Below, piece by piece: positions 55,401-63,909 of a DNA stretch of 64,000 nucleotides (positions are counted from its first letter, which is position 1; each line of letters opens with the position of its first letter). Source of the stretch: Fibrobacterales bacterium. GTDB taxonomy: Bacteria; Fibrobacterota; Fibrobacteria; Fibrobacterales; JAOPTW01. Location of the stretch: positions 153,334 through 217,333 of the forward strand of contig JAOPTX010000015.1 of the NCBI GenBank assembly GCA_051532055.1, written 5' to 3'. The position numbers and the translations under genes are program-made. Under the pieces are notes generated by a model. The model was not told where the DNA came from. It did not search any database and saw nothing but the letters and a program-made list of their open reading frames with translations.

Positions 55401-57004
55401 GAGTCAATTGGTGGGTTCGTTACTTGAGCAAAGAGCTGTTTGAAGTAGTTACCGAGATGCTGAGCTCTATGAGACAGGACTGCAAGTGGGGTATCATTAC
55501 CCATTGACCCAAGAGGTTCTTTACCTTGGTTTGCCATTGGTTCTAAAATTACTGAAACATCTTCTTTTGAAAAACCAAATGCCTGCTGTCTGTGTAAAAG
55601 CACAGTATGGCTTGGCTGTTTAACCAATTCTTGTGGCTCAGGAAGGTCTCTAAGGTCAATTTTGTACTCTTTTAACCAATCTTGATATGGTTTTTGTGAA
55701 CAGACCTGTTCTTTGATCTCTTCATCAGATATGATGCGCCCCTGCTCGAGGTCTGCAACAAACATTTTACCTGGCTGAAGACGACCACGTTTTACTACGA
55801 TCGAAGGATCGATACAGACACAGCCTGATTCTGATCCCATGATAAGGGTGTCATCTTTGGTAACCATATAACGAGAAGGTCTAAGGCCGTTACGGTCAAG
55901 AGTAGCACCGACAATTTTACCATCGGTAAAACAGAGTGACGCAGGTCCATCCCAAGGTTCCATTATACATGCGTAATATTCGTAGAATGCTTTTTTAGCT
56001 TCTGACATTTGATCATGTTGTTGCCACGCTTCTGGAACAATCATCATCAGTACATGGGGGAGTGAACGACCACTGAGTACGAGGAGTTCGATTACCATGT
56101 CGAGGTTTGATGAGTCCGACGAATCCGGATTACAAATAGGTAGAATCATATCGAGTTCTTCTTTCGAGAACTTTGTTGATTCAAAAAGTGCTTCACGTGC
56201 TTTCATCCAATTCAGATTACCACGAACCGTATTTATCTCACCATTATGCGCAATGTAGCGAAATGGTTGAGCCAAACGCCACGAAGGAAATGTATTGGTC
56301 GAGAAGCGTGAGTGTACTAGGGCAAGAGAACTTACGACATCTTTATTTTTAAGGTCGTCAAAATAGGTTCTCACTTGTTCTGTATTAAGTTGTCCCTTAT
56401 AAAGGATAGTCCTATACGAAAGTGAGATAATGTGGAAGATATCATTGATATTAACCACTGTTTCGTGGGTGATACGATTGGTGTATTTGCGAAGAACAAA
56501 AAGTCTTCGTTCAAATGCATCTTGATCGAGCTCAATCGGTTTACGAATAAATACTTGCTCAATGTGTGGTTCAGTATCACGAGGCGCTTGGCCTAAATTA
56601 CTGTTATCCACAGGGACATGACGGTAGCCAAGAATCTCTAGGCCAAGTTTATCACAGTGTTTTTTAAAAATTGCTTTACACTCATCACGGGTGTCTTCTT
56701 CTTGTGGCAAGTAACACATGCCAACACCGTATTCACCTGCTGAAGGGAGCTTAATATTAAGTTTAAAGCACTCTTCAGTAAAAAAAGCATGAGGAATCTG
56801 GAAAAGAATTCCTGCACCATCGCCAGAATTTGCATCGTATCCGGTACCACCACGGTGTTCCATACGTGCAAGCATAGTGAGTGCATCATCGATAACGTTG
56901 TGTGACTTACGTCCCTTAAGGTTTGCTACGAAACCGATACCACAGCTATCATGTTCAAATTCGGGTCTATAAAGCCCTTGATTTGTCTGTTTATTTAAAG
57001 CCAT
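52475..57004 (-). CDS. gltB: glutamate synthase large subunit
   Basis: Ntn amidotransferase start ..FEHDSCGIGF, followed by the FMN/3Fe-4S and GXGXG domains. The ATG at 57004 follows GGAGGTAACAGGA; the ORF is open from 57034. Confidence 0.95.
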   Translation of the reverse strand: MALNKQTNQGLYRPEFEHDSCGIGFVANLKGRKSHNVIDDALTMLARMEHRGGTGYDANSGDGAGILFQIPHAFFTEECFKLNIKLPSAGEYGVGMCYLPQEEDTRDECKAIFKKHCDKLGLEILGYRHVPVDNSNLGQAPRDTEPHIEQVFIRKPIELDQDAFERRLFVLRKYTNRITHETVVNINDIFHIISLSYRTILYKGQLNTEQVRTYFDDLKNKDVVSSLALVHSRFSTNTFPSWRLAQPFRYIAHNGEINTVRGNLNWMKAREALFESTKFSKEELDMILPICNPDSSDSSNLDMVIELLVLSGRSLPHVLMMIVPEAWQQHDQMSEAKKAFYEYYACIMEPWDGPASLCFTDGKIVGATLDRNGLRPSRYMVTKDDTLIMGSESGCVCIDPSIVVKRGRLQPGKMFVADLEQGRIISDEEIKEQVCSQKPYQDWLKEYKIDLRDLPEPQELVKQPSHTVLLHRQQAFGFSKEDVSVILEPMANQGKEPLGSMGNDTPLAVLSHRAQHLGNYFKQLFAQVTNPPIDSIRERMVMALHSHVGGSQNLLDETARHCHKVEIEHPVLSNADLEKLKYIDNDHFQTKTIDITFRAIDQAGTLKKAIDRICRYAVDAVEDGFSIICLSHRGVDSDHAGIPSLLATAAVHHHLIREGLRGKADIIVEAADVIETHHFATVIGYGASAINPYLALETLVDLNETDKLKEKYSAEKLFENYAESINSGLLKIFSKMGISTLQSYQAAQIFEAVGISKEVVDLYFTGTVTRIQGLTLNDIAKETLAKHKIGFPEAHIPNPRLDVGGVYQWKHRGEDHQFNPETISLVQEASKNNDYDTFKKFCKVSDEDATKAYTLRGLMDFKSKGSIPLDEVESVEKITKRFATGAMSFGSISWEAHTTLAIAMNRIGGKSNSGEGGEDPRRFKPMENGDSMRSAIKQVASGRFGVHSYYLTNADEIQIKMAQGAKPGEGGHLPGHKVNDWIGSTRNSTPGVGLISPPPHHDIYSIEDLAQLIYDLKNANRAARINVKLVSEAGVGTIAAGVCKGKADVVLISGHDGGTGASPLSSIKHAGLPWELGLAEAHQTLVRNKLRNRITVQADGHMKTPKDIAVAALLGAEEWGVATTALIVEGCIMMRKCHENTCPVGVATQNEELRKRFTGNPDHVVNYFTMLAQGLREIMAELGFRTVNEMVGQVDCLEMPNKFDHWKYKNIDLSPILYKEQGDENQTKFCSIEQNHGLDVVLDQKLLKIAKSSLESGEKVTAELEILNTDRATGTILSNEISKKYDAAGLPDNTIHIKFKGSAGQSFGAFSAKGIRFELEGDANDYFGKGLSGANLVVYPDKKAPFDPKNEIIVGNVAFFGATRGEAYIRGIAGERFCVRNSGAKVVVEGIGDHGCEYMTGGLSIIIGDTGRNFAAGMSGGVAYVYNPNGTFEKNCNMGMVEFDTKDEEDIIMLRTMLENHHSFTGSDVAEAILADWENNLEKFIKVMPTDYKKVLLRKKAELKEAVNG

Positions 57005-57207
57005 ATTTATCCTGTTACCTCCGTTAATACGCATTGCATTATACTCAAATGTTGCGCAAAGGAGTTATGAATATCCGTTTTTCATCTCATTTTCTAATTG
57101 CTCGGTCAAGATAGTAAAATTTAGTTATAATTTCTAGTCTAAAGTGAGCTGTCTACAGAGAGCTATTGGTCAACATGACACTATAAAGTGTCTTTTTTTA
57201 TTAAAAA

Positions 57208-57630
57208 GTGGAATATATGGTCAAAATTGAACTGTTACTTGATGAATCCGAAGCCTTAAATGCAAAAGAGCCCACAGGGACATGCTTGTTTCAAAATGAA
57301 ACAGAGGAGGTGCGAGGTGAGTATACTTACTTGGACGCATGGTTTATTTGCCTCATTAAAGGGCTCGACTCAATACGGGACGAGGAGACTGCAACTATTG
57401 ATGTTGAATTTGCCGACCAACCGGAAGCCATGATCATTGAAAAAATGAATGGGGCCTTGGTGCTCTCCTATTTCGGGGAGAAATGCTCTGTTGGTGCACA
57501 AATATTTTTTGAGTCAGAACTTAAAAAGGTTATAGCTCATTTTATCGATAGGTTTAAGAAGACAGAAGCGTATAGTGATAATACCTTTTTTGAGGTATTA
57601 GAAGATTACTGTGCTACAGGGGATGTATGA
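57208..57630 (+). CDS. hypothetical protein
   Basis: 140-aa ORF that is acidic and has no TM. Overlaps the next ORF by 4 nt. Confidence 0.4.
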   Translation: MEYMVKIELLLDESEALNAKEPTGTCLFQNETEEVRGEYTYLDAWFICLIKGLDSIRDEETATIDVEFADQPEAMIIEKMNGALVLSYFGEKCSVGAQIFFESELKKVIAHFIDRFKKTEAYSDNTFFEVLEDYCATGDV

Positions 57631-58034
57631 TAGCCCGCTTGTTGTGTACTTGGTGTTTTGTGGTGACGGCACTCTTTGCAGCCGAGTCACAGTCAATACT
57701 GGTAAATCCAGGAATAATTGACATAGGTATGCTCGACTCAACTGTTGATTCAGTATTTGGTACTGCCTATATATATAGTAAAAACGATTTTTCTATAAAA
57801 ATACAGTCTCAAGATGATGTAACTCATACCTCCACAGAGGTTACTTTAACACTGCACAAAGACGGATCTGTTGAAGAAAGTACATTAGGGCAGTATCGTG
57901 GTTACAAAGTTTTGATGGCCGTATCGGTCAAAGATGCGGCACAAGGTAAGTCAATTAGAAAATTCATCACTTTTGATTCTTCAGAATTTCCAAATGAAAA
58001 AATTGGTTTAATGCTCGTGGGATTTAAACAATAA
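57627..58034 (+). CDS. hypothetical secreted protein
   Basis: 135 aa with a signal peptide (..VVTALFAAESQ) and beta-rich character. Confidence 0.45.
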   Translation: MIARLLCTWCFVVTALFAAESQSILVNPGIIDIGMLDSTVDSVFGTAYIYSKNDFSIKIQSQDDVTHTSTEVTLTLHKDGSVEESTLGQYRGYKVLMAVSVKDAAQGKSIRKFITFDSSEFPNEKIGLMLVGFKQ

Positions 58035-58078
58035 CACCTTGTTGATTAATAGCATTCTTTTTATTATTGTCTCACAAT

Positions 58079-58152
58079 CGGGATGTAGCTCAGTCTGGTA
58101 GAGTGCTACAATGGGGTTGTAGTGGTCGTTAGTTCGAATCTAATCATCCCGA
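58079..58152 (+). tRNA. tRNA-Pro (anticodon GGG)
   Basis: Acceptor stem CGGGATG..CATCCCG+A, anticodon loop ATGGGGT, T-loop TTCGAAT. 74 nt, with no encoded CCA. Confidence 0.9.
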
Positions 58153-58198
58153 CTCAACAAAAAAAGCTCCTTTTAGGGGCTTTTTTTGTTGAGTCGGG
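58148..58198 (+). terminator. long hairpin terminator overlapping the tRNA-Pro 3' end
   Basis: A stem of about 23 bp, CCCGACTCAACAAAAAAAGCTCC / GGGGCTTTTTTTGTTGAGTCGGG. Its left arm begins inside the acceptor stem. Confidence 0.65.
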
Positions 58199-58406
58199 AC
58201 GGTATTGTAGGGTGTGCTGTTCGATAAGCCGTGAGCAATAGTACTCATGTTCATTTCTTCCAGTGTAATAGTTTTATTGAGAATACAATTAATCTAATTC
58301 TAGAATAGGACCTTTATTATATTATATAATTGATAAGCTAAAGTTTTTTGGTTAAAAATCGATTAATATTAACAGATGAACTCCCATGGTGTGGTGATTT
58401 CTGTTT

Positions 58407-59537
58407 TTGTACGATCCAGGAAGAAGGTACAGTTTGAAAAAGGTCGTTTTTGGAATAGTCAGTGCGCAGAGTTGTCTATTTGCCCAGGTGACTGCAGAAT
58501 CAATGAGTAAATCATTTACGGATAGTATTAATCCTACCATTATTATTGTGGTTGCGATTATTGCCGTTCTTCTGGTTGCGTTTTTCGTGTTGTGGGAAAT
58601 AAAAAAGGTTGATGCTCAAAAACAGCTGAAAGCTGAAGTGAGTTGGAATAAGTTTTTTACAATGGTGAAGGAAAAAGAACTCTCTGAAAAGAAAATTAGC
58701 CTTTTGAAAAAAATGATCACTTTGGGTGACGTAAAAGCTGCTGATTCTATCCTTTTTTCTCCTGTTGTATTTGAGAATATCATTGAGAACTACTATACGG
58801 TCCTTGAAAAGAAAGGAACAGTTGGAGCGGCACTCTCCTATGAGTTGATCCATGAAATACGAGATGAGCTTGGATATTCACGTCTTCCCCTTGAAACACC
58901 TTACGTATCAACGCGACAGTTAAAAGTTGCGACTACCTTAATGCTTCAAGAAGAGGGAATGAAGCAGACAACAACCTCGAATATCGATGACAACAAAGAA
59001 CAATTTTGGAAAATTGGCAATAAATTTGAAAAAATTCTAAAGCCGGGGTCTGAAATGAAGGCATCTTTTACCCGAAATGGGGATGGCGAATATCATATCA
59101 CGACAAAAGTTGTTAAATGCACACCCGATGAAATCACCTTAGAGCATTCCAGGCAGGTATCAAGAAAACAACAAAGAAACTGGGTGCGGGTTGATGTTAA
59201 TCTTCCCATTATGGTGATTGCGACGCTCGAGTATGAAGATGGTCAGAAAGTTACTGAAAAGGTTCGCGGTAGAATTCGTAATATTTCGGGAGGTGGTGCA
59301 TCGATACGACTTCCCATTAGAATCCCAGGTGACAGTTCAATATTTATGAATTTTGATCTCTCGGGAGTGAAATTTAATAGGATTGAAGGTCACATTATTC
59401 GTGTAAGTGATAAAGCTGATGGGGCAGATGAAACGTTTCAACATTCACTGAAATTTATCGACTTAGAATCTCAGCTTCAAGAAAAGATTGTACGCTATGT
59501 TTTTGAGGTCCAGAGAAAAGAATCTCAGTGGCGCTAA
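58407..59537 (+). CDS. membrane-anchored PilZ-domain protein (c-di-GMP receptor)
   Basis: PilZ motifs RKQQRNWVR (RxxxR) and NISGGGASI ([D/N]xSxxG), with one TM near the N-terminus. The start is uncertain: TTG at 58407 or ATG at 58503. Confidence 0.75.
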   Translation: MYDPGRRYSLKKVVFGIVSAQSCLFAQVTAESMSKSFTDSINPTIIIVVAIIAVLLVAFFVLWEIKKVDAQKQLKAEVSWNKFFTMVKEKELSEKKISLLKKMITLGDVKAADSILFSPVVFENIIENYYTVLEKKGTVGAALSYELIHEIRDELGYSRLPLETPYVSTRQLKVATTLMLQEEGMKQTTTSNIDDNKEQFWKIGNKFEKILKPGSEMKASFTRNGDGEYHITTKVVKCTPDEITLEHSRQVSRKQQRNWVRVDVNLPIMVIATLEYEDGQKVTEKVRGRIRNISGGGASIRLPIRIPGDSSIFMNFDLSGVKFNRIEGHIIRVSDKADGADETFQHSLKFIDLESQLQEKIVRYVFEVQRKESQWR

Positions 59538-59719
59538 ATACCGAATTTAATTGAAAAATAAGCCAATTTGTGGTAACCTTTATAGTATATTTGCCTATAA
59601 GAGGTTGAGTCTATTAGAGTTATCTTAGAAATTGAAGGGGTGCATCAAGAGATGAGGATGCCAATTATGATAGTGAATACTCACTATACTTCGTCCTTGA
59701 ATGTGAACTTTGAGGTGTT

Positions 59720-60862
59720 TTGAGCTTTTTAACTGATTTTATTAAAAAGGTTAAAGGGGAGTCTACCACATTAGGTATAGACGTTGGACACCATTGTGTA
59801 AAGATCGCTAAGGTTACTCATAATCAAAACTCTTTCAAGCTTGTTGACTATGGGATAGTTGAAGTTCCCTTTGGAACAATAGTTGATGGGGTTATTCAGA
59901 ATAGTGAATCCCTTGGTGGCATTATTTTAAACCTCATTGATCATATGGGAGGTGTTGACTCAAATACTGATGTCGTTCTCTCTCTTTCTTGGTCAAATGG
60001 TGTTTTGGCTGATATTGTAAAAATGAGAACTCAGCCTGGTATGGCTGATGAAGAATTGATATTGGCTGAAGCGGGAAGACGCGCGCCATTTGATGATCCA
60101 GATATTACTTTGGATTATAAGATCTTGAATAAATCAGAAGAATCTAATGATATTGATGTCTTATTAGTTGCAGTGAAAAACGATATATTGAATCGGTGGG
60201 TTGTCTTTTTTAAAGACGCAGGGATACACCCTGCAGTTATCGATGCTGATACCTTTGGTTTGTACAATGCACTGAACTATATATTAGAAAATGAAAGTAG
60301 TACTGATGGCCTAGAGGAAAGTCTAGAACCAGAAAGTGATCAAGGGCCAGTAGAAGAAAAGAATAATAGTTATGGTATTCTCAATCTTGGTCATGCGAAA
60401 TCAAATATTACCTTTGTGAATAAAGGGCTTTACCATTCTACTCGAGATATACCGAGAACTTCAATTGAAGGAGTCGCTCGGAAATTTGCTCGGAGTTTAG
60501 GTGTTCGTCAGGAGAAGGCCTTTGGTATTATCCATGGTGAGACCTATGAAGGAATCACCGATGAGATGATAGAACAGGCGTATCGGGATGCCTTTGAAGA
60601 TCTAGCAATGGATACCCAACAGATGTTTAATTATTTTAAGCAAACTGGTGGAAAGGGTGAGCTAAGTCTCTATTTGTGTGGTGGTGGTGCAGCATTGGCT
60701 GGTATTGTCGAAGCATTTACAGAACGCTTGGAGGTTCCAGTACAGCTCCTCGATATCGGTAAAAATATAACCGTTGATGAATATAAATTTCCCGATGGAT
60801 TGGATCAAGAAGTCTCTTCACAGTTAGCTGTTGCTATTTCTATGGCGATGAGGAAGGTGTAA
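59720..60862 (+). CDS. pilM: type IV pilus assembly ATPase-fold protein PilM
   Basis: Contains LGIDVGHHCVKIAKV and LCGGGAALAG. TTG start 3 nt after GAGGTG. Followed by pilN and pilO. Confidence 0.85.
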   Translation: MSFLTDFIKKVKGESTTLGIDVGHHCVKIAKVTHNQNSFKLVDYGIVEVPFGTIVDGVIQNSESLGGIILNLIDHMGGVDSNTDVVLSLSWSNGVLADIVKMRTQPGMADEELILAEAGRRAPFDDPDITLDYKILNKSEESNDIDVLLVAVKNDILNRWVVFFKDAGIHPAVIDADTFGLYNALNYILENESSTDGLEESLEPESDQGPVEEKNNSYGILNLGHAKSNITFVNKGLYHSTRDIPRTSIEGVARKFARSLGVRQEKAFGIIHGETYEGITDEMIEQAYRDAFEDLAMDTQQMFNYFKQTGGKGELSLYLCGGGAALAGIVEAFTERLEVPVQLLDIGKNITVDEYKFPDGLDQEVSSQLAVAISMAMRKV

Positions 60863-61438
60863 GTGGAACGTATTGAGCTCAATTTAATACCGATTGAACA
60901 CCGTCTCAGTAAGATGGATCATACGTGGATGCTCGACCGTAGGGTCATTTACCCTAGTTTTATATTATTGATCGAACTTGTTATTTTTGCAATAGCTTGG
61001 ATAACTATTTCTGAAACAAATCGGCAATTGAATAATGATTTAGAGGCTATCAATCATAAAATTAGACTTCAAGCTCCGATACAGAAAGAGATTAAAACTC
61101 TTGATGAAGCACTGCAAAAGAAAAAACGTAAAAATCGAGCATTAAAATCTATTGAAGTAAGTAAAAAACGATGGATAGAAATTTTTGAAGATATTAGTAC
61201 CACCTTACCAGGTAATATGTGGGTATTAAACATTATTCAAAATAAAGAAGTGTCGAAAGAAGTTCTCTTAAAAGGGGTCACCTATAACTTTTCAGAGATT
61301 TCACAATATATGATGGCTTTGGAGGAACAGCGTAGTTTTCAAGAGCTTCTGTTGAACTCAATAATTACTATTAAGTACAAGTCTAATACAGCCTATCAGT
61401 TTGAAATAAAGTGCATTTTGAAAGAGAGTGTAGAGTAA
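60863..61438 (+). CDS. pilN: type IV pilus assembly protein PilN
   Basis: N-terminal ELNLIP motif, a single TM, a coiled coil and a C-terminal alpha/beta domain. GTG start adjacent to the pilM stop. Confidence 0.75.
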   Translation: MERIELNLIPIEHRLSKMDHTWMLDRRVIYPSFILLIELVIFAIAWITISETNRQLNNDLEAINHKIRLQAPIQKEIKTLDEALQKKKRKNRALKSIEVSKKRWIEIFEDISTTLPGNMWVLNIIQNKEVSKEVLLKGVTYNFSEISQYMMALEEQRSFQELLLNSIITIKYKSNTAYQFEIKCILKESVE

Positions 61439-61441
61439 CAT

Positions 61442-62065
61442 ATGTTTGAAGATCACAACAAAATTCGTACAATGTACGCTGCAGCAGTAACACTACTGAT
61501 AGTGGCTATTGGCTATGGATTTTGGAGTCTCTTTCTCATTGAGAACTGGAACTTTATTGATGTAAATAAAGAAAATATCAAAAATAGAGAACTTCAGTAT
61601 CAGCGAATACAGAGACAGGTGAAACGGGTTGATGACTTGAGAACTGAAGTACGTAAAGCTCAAAGAGAGCTCACTGAATTAAAGGCTATGTTTCCTGATC
61701 AGGAGTCTGTACCTTTACGGTTGAATGACTTATATAAAGTGCTTCGTACTTCTGGAGTTAAAATCACAGGATTCAAGCCACTAGAACAGAAAGACATTAA
61801 ACCTGTAAATGCTGCTGATGACCCTAAATATCACTATAGAGAAAATATTTACACTGTTGAGTTAGAAACAGGGTATCATATGCTTGGTGTTTTGTTTGAA
61901 GGATTGGCAAATCTTGGGTATCCTATCTCTTTGAGAAATGTACGCATTAATAAATATGCTGGACTTGAACAGGAGCTTGAAAAAAGTGAACGTCATGGCT
62001 GGGTTCCGACAACAATTGCCGTGTCATTTAATTTGGTCACCTATTCATCAAGGGAGGGCAACTAA
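61442..62065 (+). CDS. pilO: type IV pilus assembly protein PilO
   Basis: TM, coiled coil (VDDLRTEVRKAQRELTELK) and a C-terminal domain, in the expected position of the operon. Confidence 0.7.
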   Translation: MFEDHNKIRTMYAAAVTLLIVAIGYGFWSLFLIENWNFIDVNKENIKNRELQYQRIQRQVKRVDDLRTEVRKAQRELTELKAMFPDQESVPLRLNDLYKVLRTSGVKITGFKPLEQKDIKPVNAADDPKYHYRENIYTVELETGYHMLGVLFEGLANLGYPISLRNVRINKYAGLEQELEKSERHGWVPTTIAVSFNLVTYSSREGN

Positions 62066-63900
62066 TGAAAATTAAAGTAGTGCTCCTTTGTATTGTTATG
62101 GCAATGACAATTTCGGCCGCGAGCCTAGAAAAAGTTTATGCTGGATGCGAAATTGGCTCGTGCTCAATTAAGTTCTCGTTTGATTCAAAAGGAAATCTAC
62201 CAAGGTATCATCAGAAATGGAATGAGCGTGAAAATGAGCTTCAAGTGCTCTTTAAGCAAACCACATTTGGCTTTAAAGATAAGAGCTTTAAAGTGCCTAG
62301 TTCACAGTGGTTAAAAAATGTGTATGTACACAATTATACAAAGGGAACTGTACGGTATCAGGTTTTTCGATTCCGCTTTATAAAACCACAAACTTTTAAT
62401 AAAGTACCTGTTTCACTTATCAATAATAGTGAGTTCAAATTTTCATTTAAAAATATTTCAGTTGCTCATAAAGCTTGGACTTTGAAAAGAAAGAGTACTA
62501 CGGAGCCTTTAGATCTTGAAAATAAGGTACCAAAGCGAAAAATAGTTAAGGCCCAAGCAAAGAAAAAGAAACAAGAAGTGGCTATTAGGGTGCCAAAGGT
62601 TGTTGAGGCTAAAATTACAAGTAAGTCGATACAGAAGAAGCCGGTGGCAAGTAGTCTTAAAGAAAAAGACACTGTGCCTGTAGATAAGAAATTGATCCCG
62701 GTACCGTTATTGAAAGAGAATAGGCAAGATGTTAATACATTCACTAAAATGAGTTATAGTAAGAATCGAAATTTAAAGCGATTTTATTTAAGTTTTTTAA
62801 AGCCTGACCTACAATACAATCATTCCATTACCCGTAATATTGTTGAATTGACATTTAAAAATCTAAAATATAAAGCTGGAATTAAGAACTTTAGCCTACC
62901 AACAAATGATATTGTCCGAAGTATAACTTATAACAAATCTCATAAGAAGCATACTATTAGAATTGTACTCCATTCGAATGGTGATCAATATAGACTCTTT
63001 GATTATGAGAATAAAATAGTGCTTCAGTCAGTGACTAATAGCGTGCAAAATCAATTGGTTTTTTGGAGTAATATAAACAGTCGAGAAGAATTTGTTCAGG
63101 CACCAGAAAAGCTAAGGTCTCCAGAAGCGTCATTAGAAGATTTCGAGAAGTCTCTTGGAAAAGAGGGCGACACTACTATTAGTTTAGATAAAACATTTGC
63201 CCTTGGGGGCGGTGTTAAAGAGTTAATAGCAATTGGTGATAGAGTGAGTGTGAGAAGCAAGCCTACGACAGCGTCAAAAGTTCTCGATTATCTTGATTTT
63301 GGGAAACGCGTAACATTTCTCGACATTCAAGATAATTGGTACAAAATTACCTATAACAATATGACAGGATTTGTTTTTAAGACACTTCTCTCTTATGAAG
63401 ATAAATTAACTGAGGAGCAGGGGCGACGTCTCATGAAGCAAGTAAATGCCAGTTTTGCTCAATTGAAAAAAAGAGCTACTATAGCCCCAGAGCTTGCGTT
63501 GACCGTTCAGGAAGTAGTTGAGAATAACAATGATGAAGCATCTCATGAGTCACCATTAGTTGCTCCTGTTGGTCCTACTGAAGAAGAACTGGTGGGTGAT
63601 TTATCCGACAAAATTAAGTATTCAACATTTGGACGTCGAGATCCTTTTATTCCTGTTACCGGTCCGGATGACTCTGGGATAAATATTGATGGCGTTAAAC
63701 TCGTTGGGATTATTTGGGATAAAACATCCCCGATTGCAATTTTAGAAGATGTACGAAATACAGGTGTTTCTTATACTTTGCAGGTGGGTGATAAAATCCT
63801 CAATGGCAAAGTTGAAAGAATAACCGCAACAGAAATTGTGTTTCAGTTGTCTGAATTTGGTGTACAACGACAATATTCAATGGCATTGCCAGAAAATTAG
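62065..63900 (+). CDS. PilP-like protein fused to two AMIN-like modules and an SH3b-like domain
   Basis: Signal peptide. The C-terminal RDPFIPV..VKLVGIIWDKTSPIAILED..YTLQVGDKI..V..I....IVF fits PilP. An SH3b-like VSVRSKPTTASKVLDYLDFGKRVTFLDIQDNWYKITYNNMTGFV is present. 611 aa, against about 170-200 for typical PilP. Confidence 0.6.
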   Translation: MKIKVVLLCIVMAMTISAASLEKVYAGCEIGSCSIKFSFDSKGNLPRYHQKWNERENELQVLFKQTTFGFKDKSFKVPSSQWLKNVYVHNYTKGTVRYQVFRFRFIKPQTFNKVPVSLINNSEFKFSFKNISVAHKAWTLKRKSTTEPLDLENKVPKRKIVKAQAKKKKQEVAIRVPKVVEAKITSKSIQKKPVASSLKEKDTVPVDKKLIPVPLLKENRQDVNTFTKMSYSKNRNLKRFYLSFLKPDLQYNHSITRNIVELTFKNLKYKAGIKNFSLPTNDIVRSITYNKSHKKHTIRIVLHSNGDQYRLFDYENKIVLQSVTNSVQNQLVFWSNINSREEFVQAPEKLRSPEASLEDFEKSLGKEGDTTISLDKTFALGGGVKELIAIGDRVSVRSKPTTASKVLDYLDFGKRVTFLDIQDNWYKITYNNMTGFVFKTLLSYEDKLTEEQGRRLMKQVNASFAQLKKRATIAPELALTVQEVVENNNDEASHESPLVAPVGPTEEELVGDLSDKIKYSTFGRRDPFIPVTGPDDSGINIDGVKLVGIIWDKTSPIAILEDVRNTGVSYTLQVGDKILNGKVERITATEIVFQLSEFGVQRQYSMALPEN

Positions 63901-63909
63901 GATAGGTGT

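Noticed and set aside
58153-58406. A mobile-element attachment site at tRNA-Pro, suggested by the repeated GACTCAACAAAAAAAGC sequence.
   Set aside because: The repeat is inverted and forms a terminator stem. There is no direct repeat and no integrase, and the downstream genes are a pilus operon.
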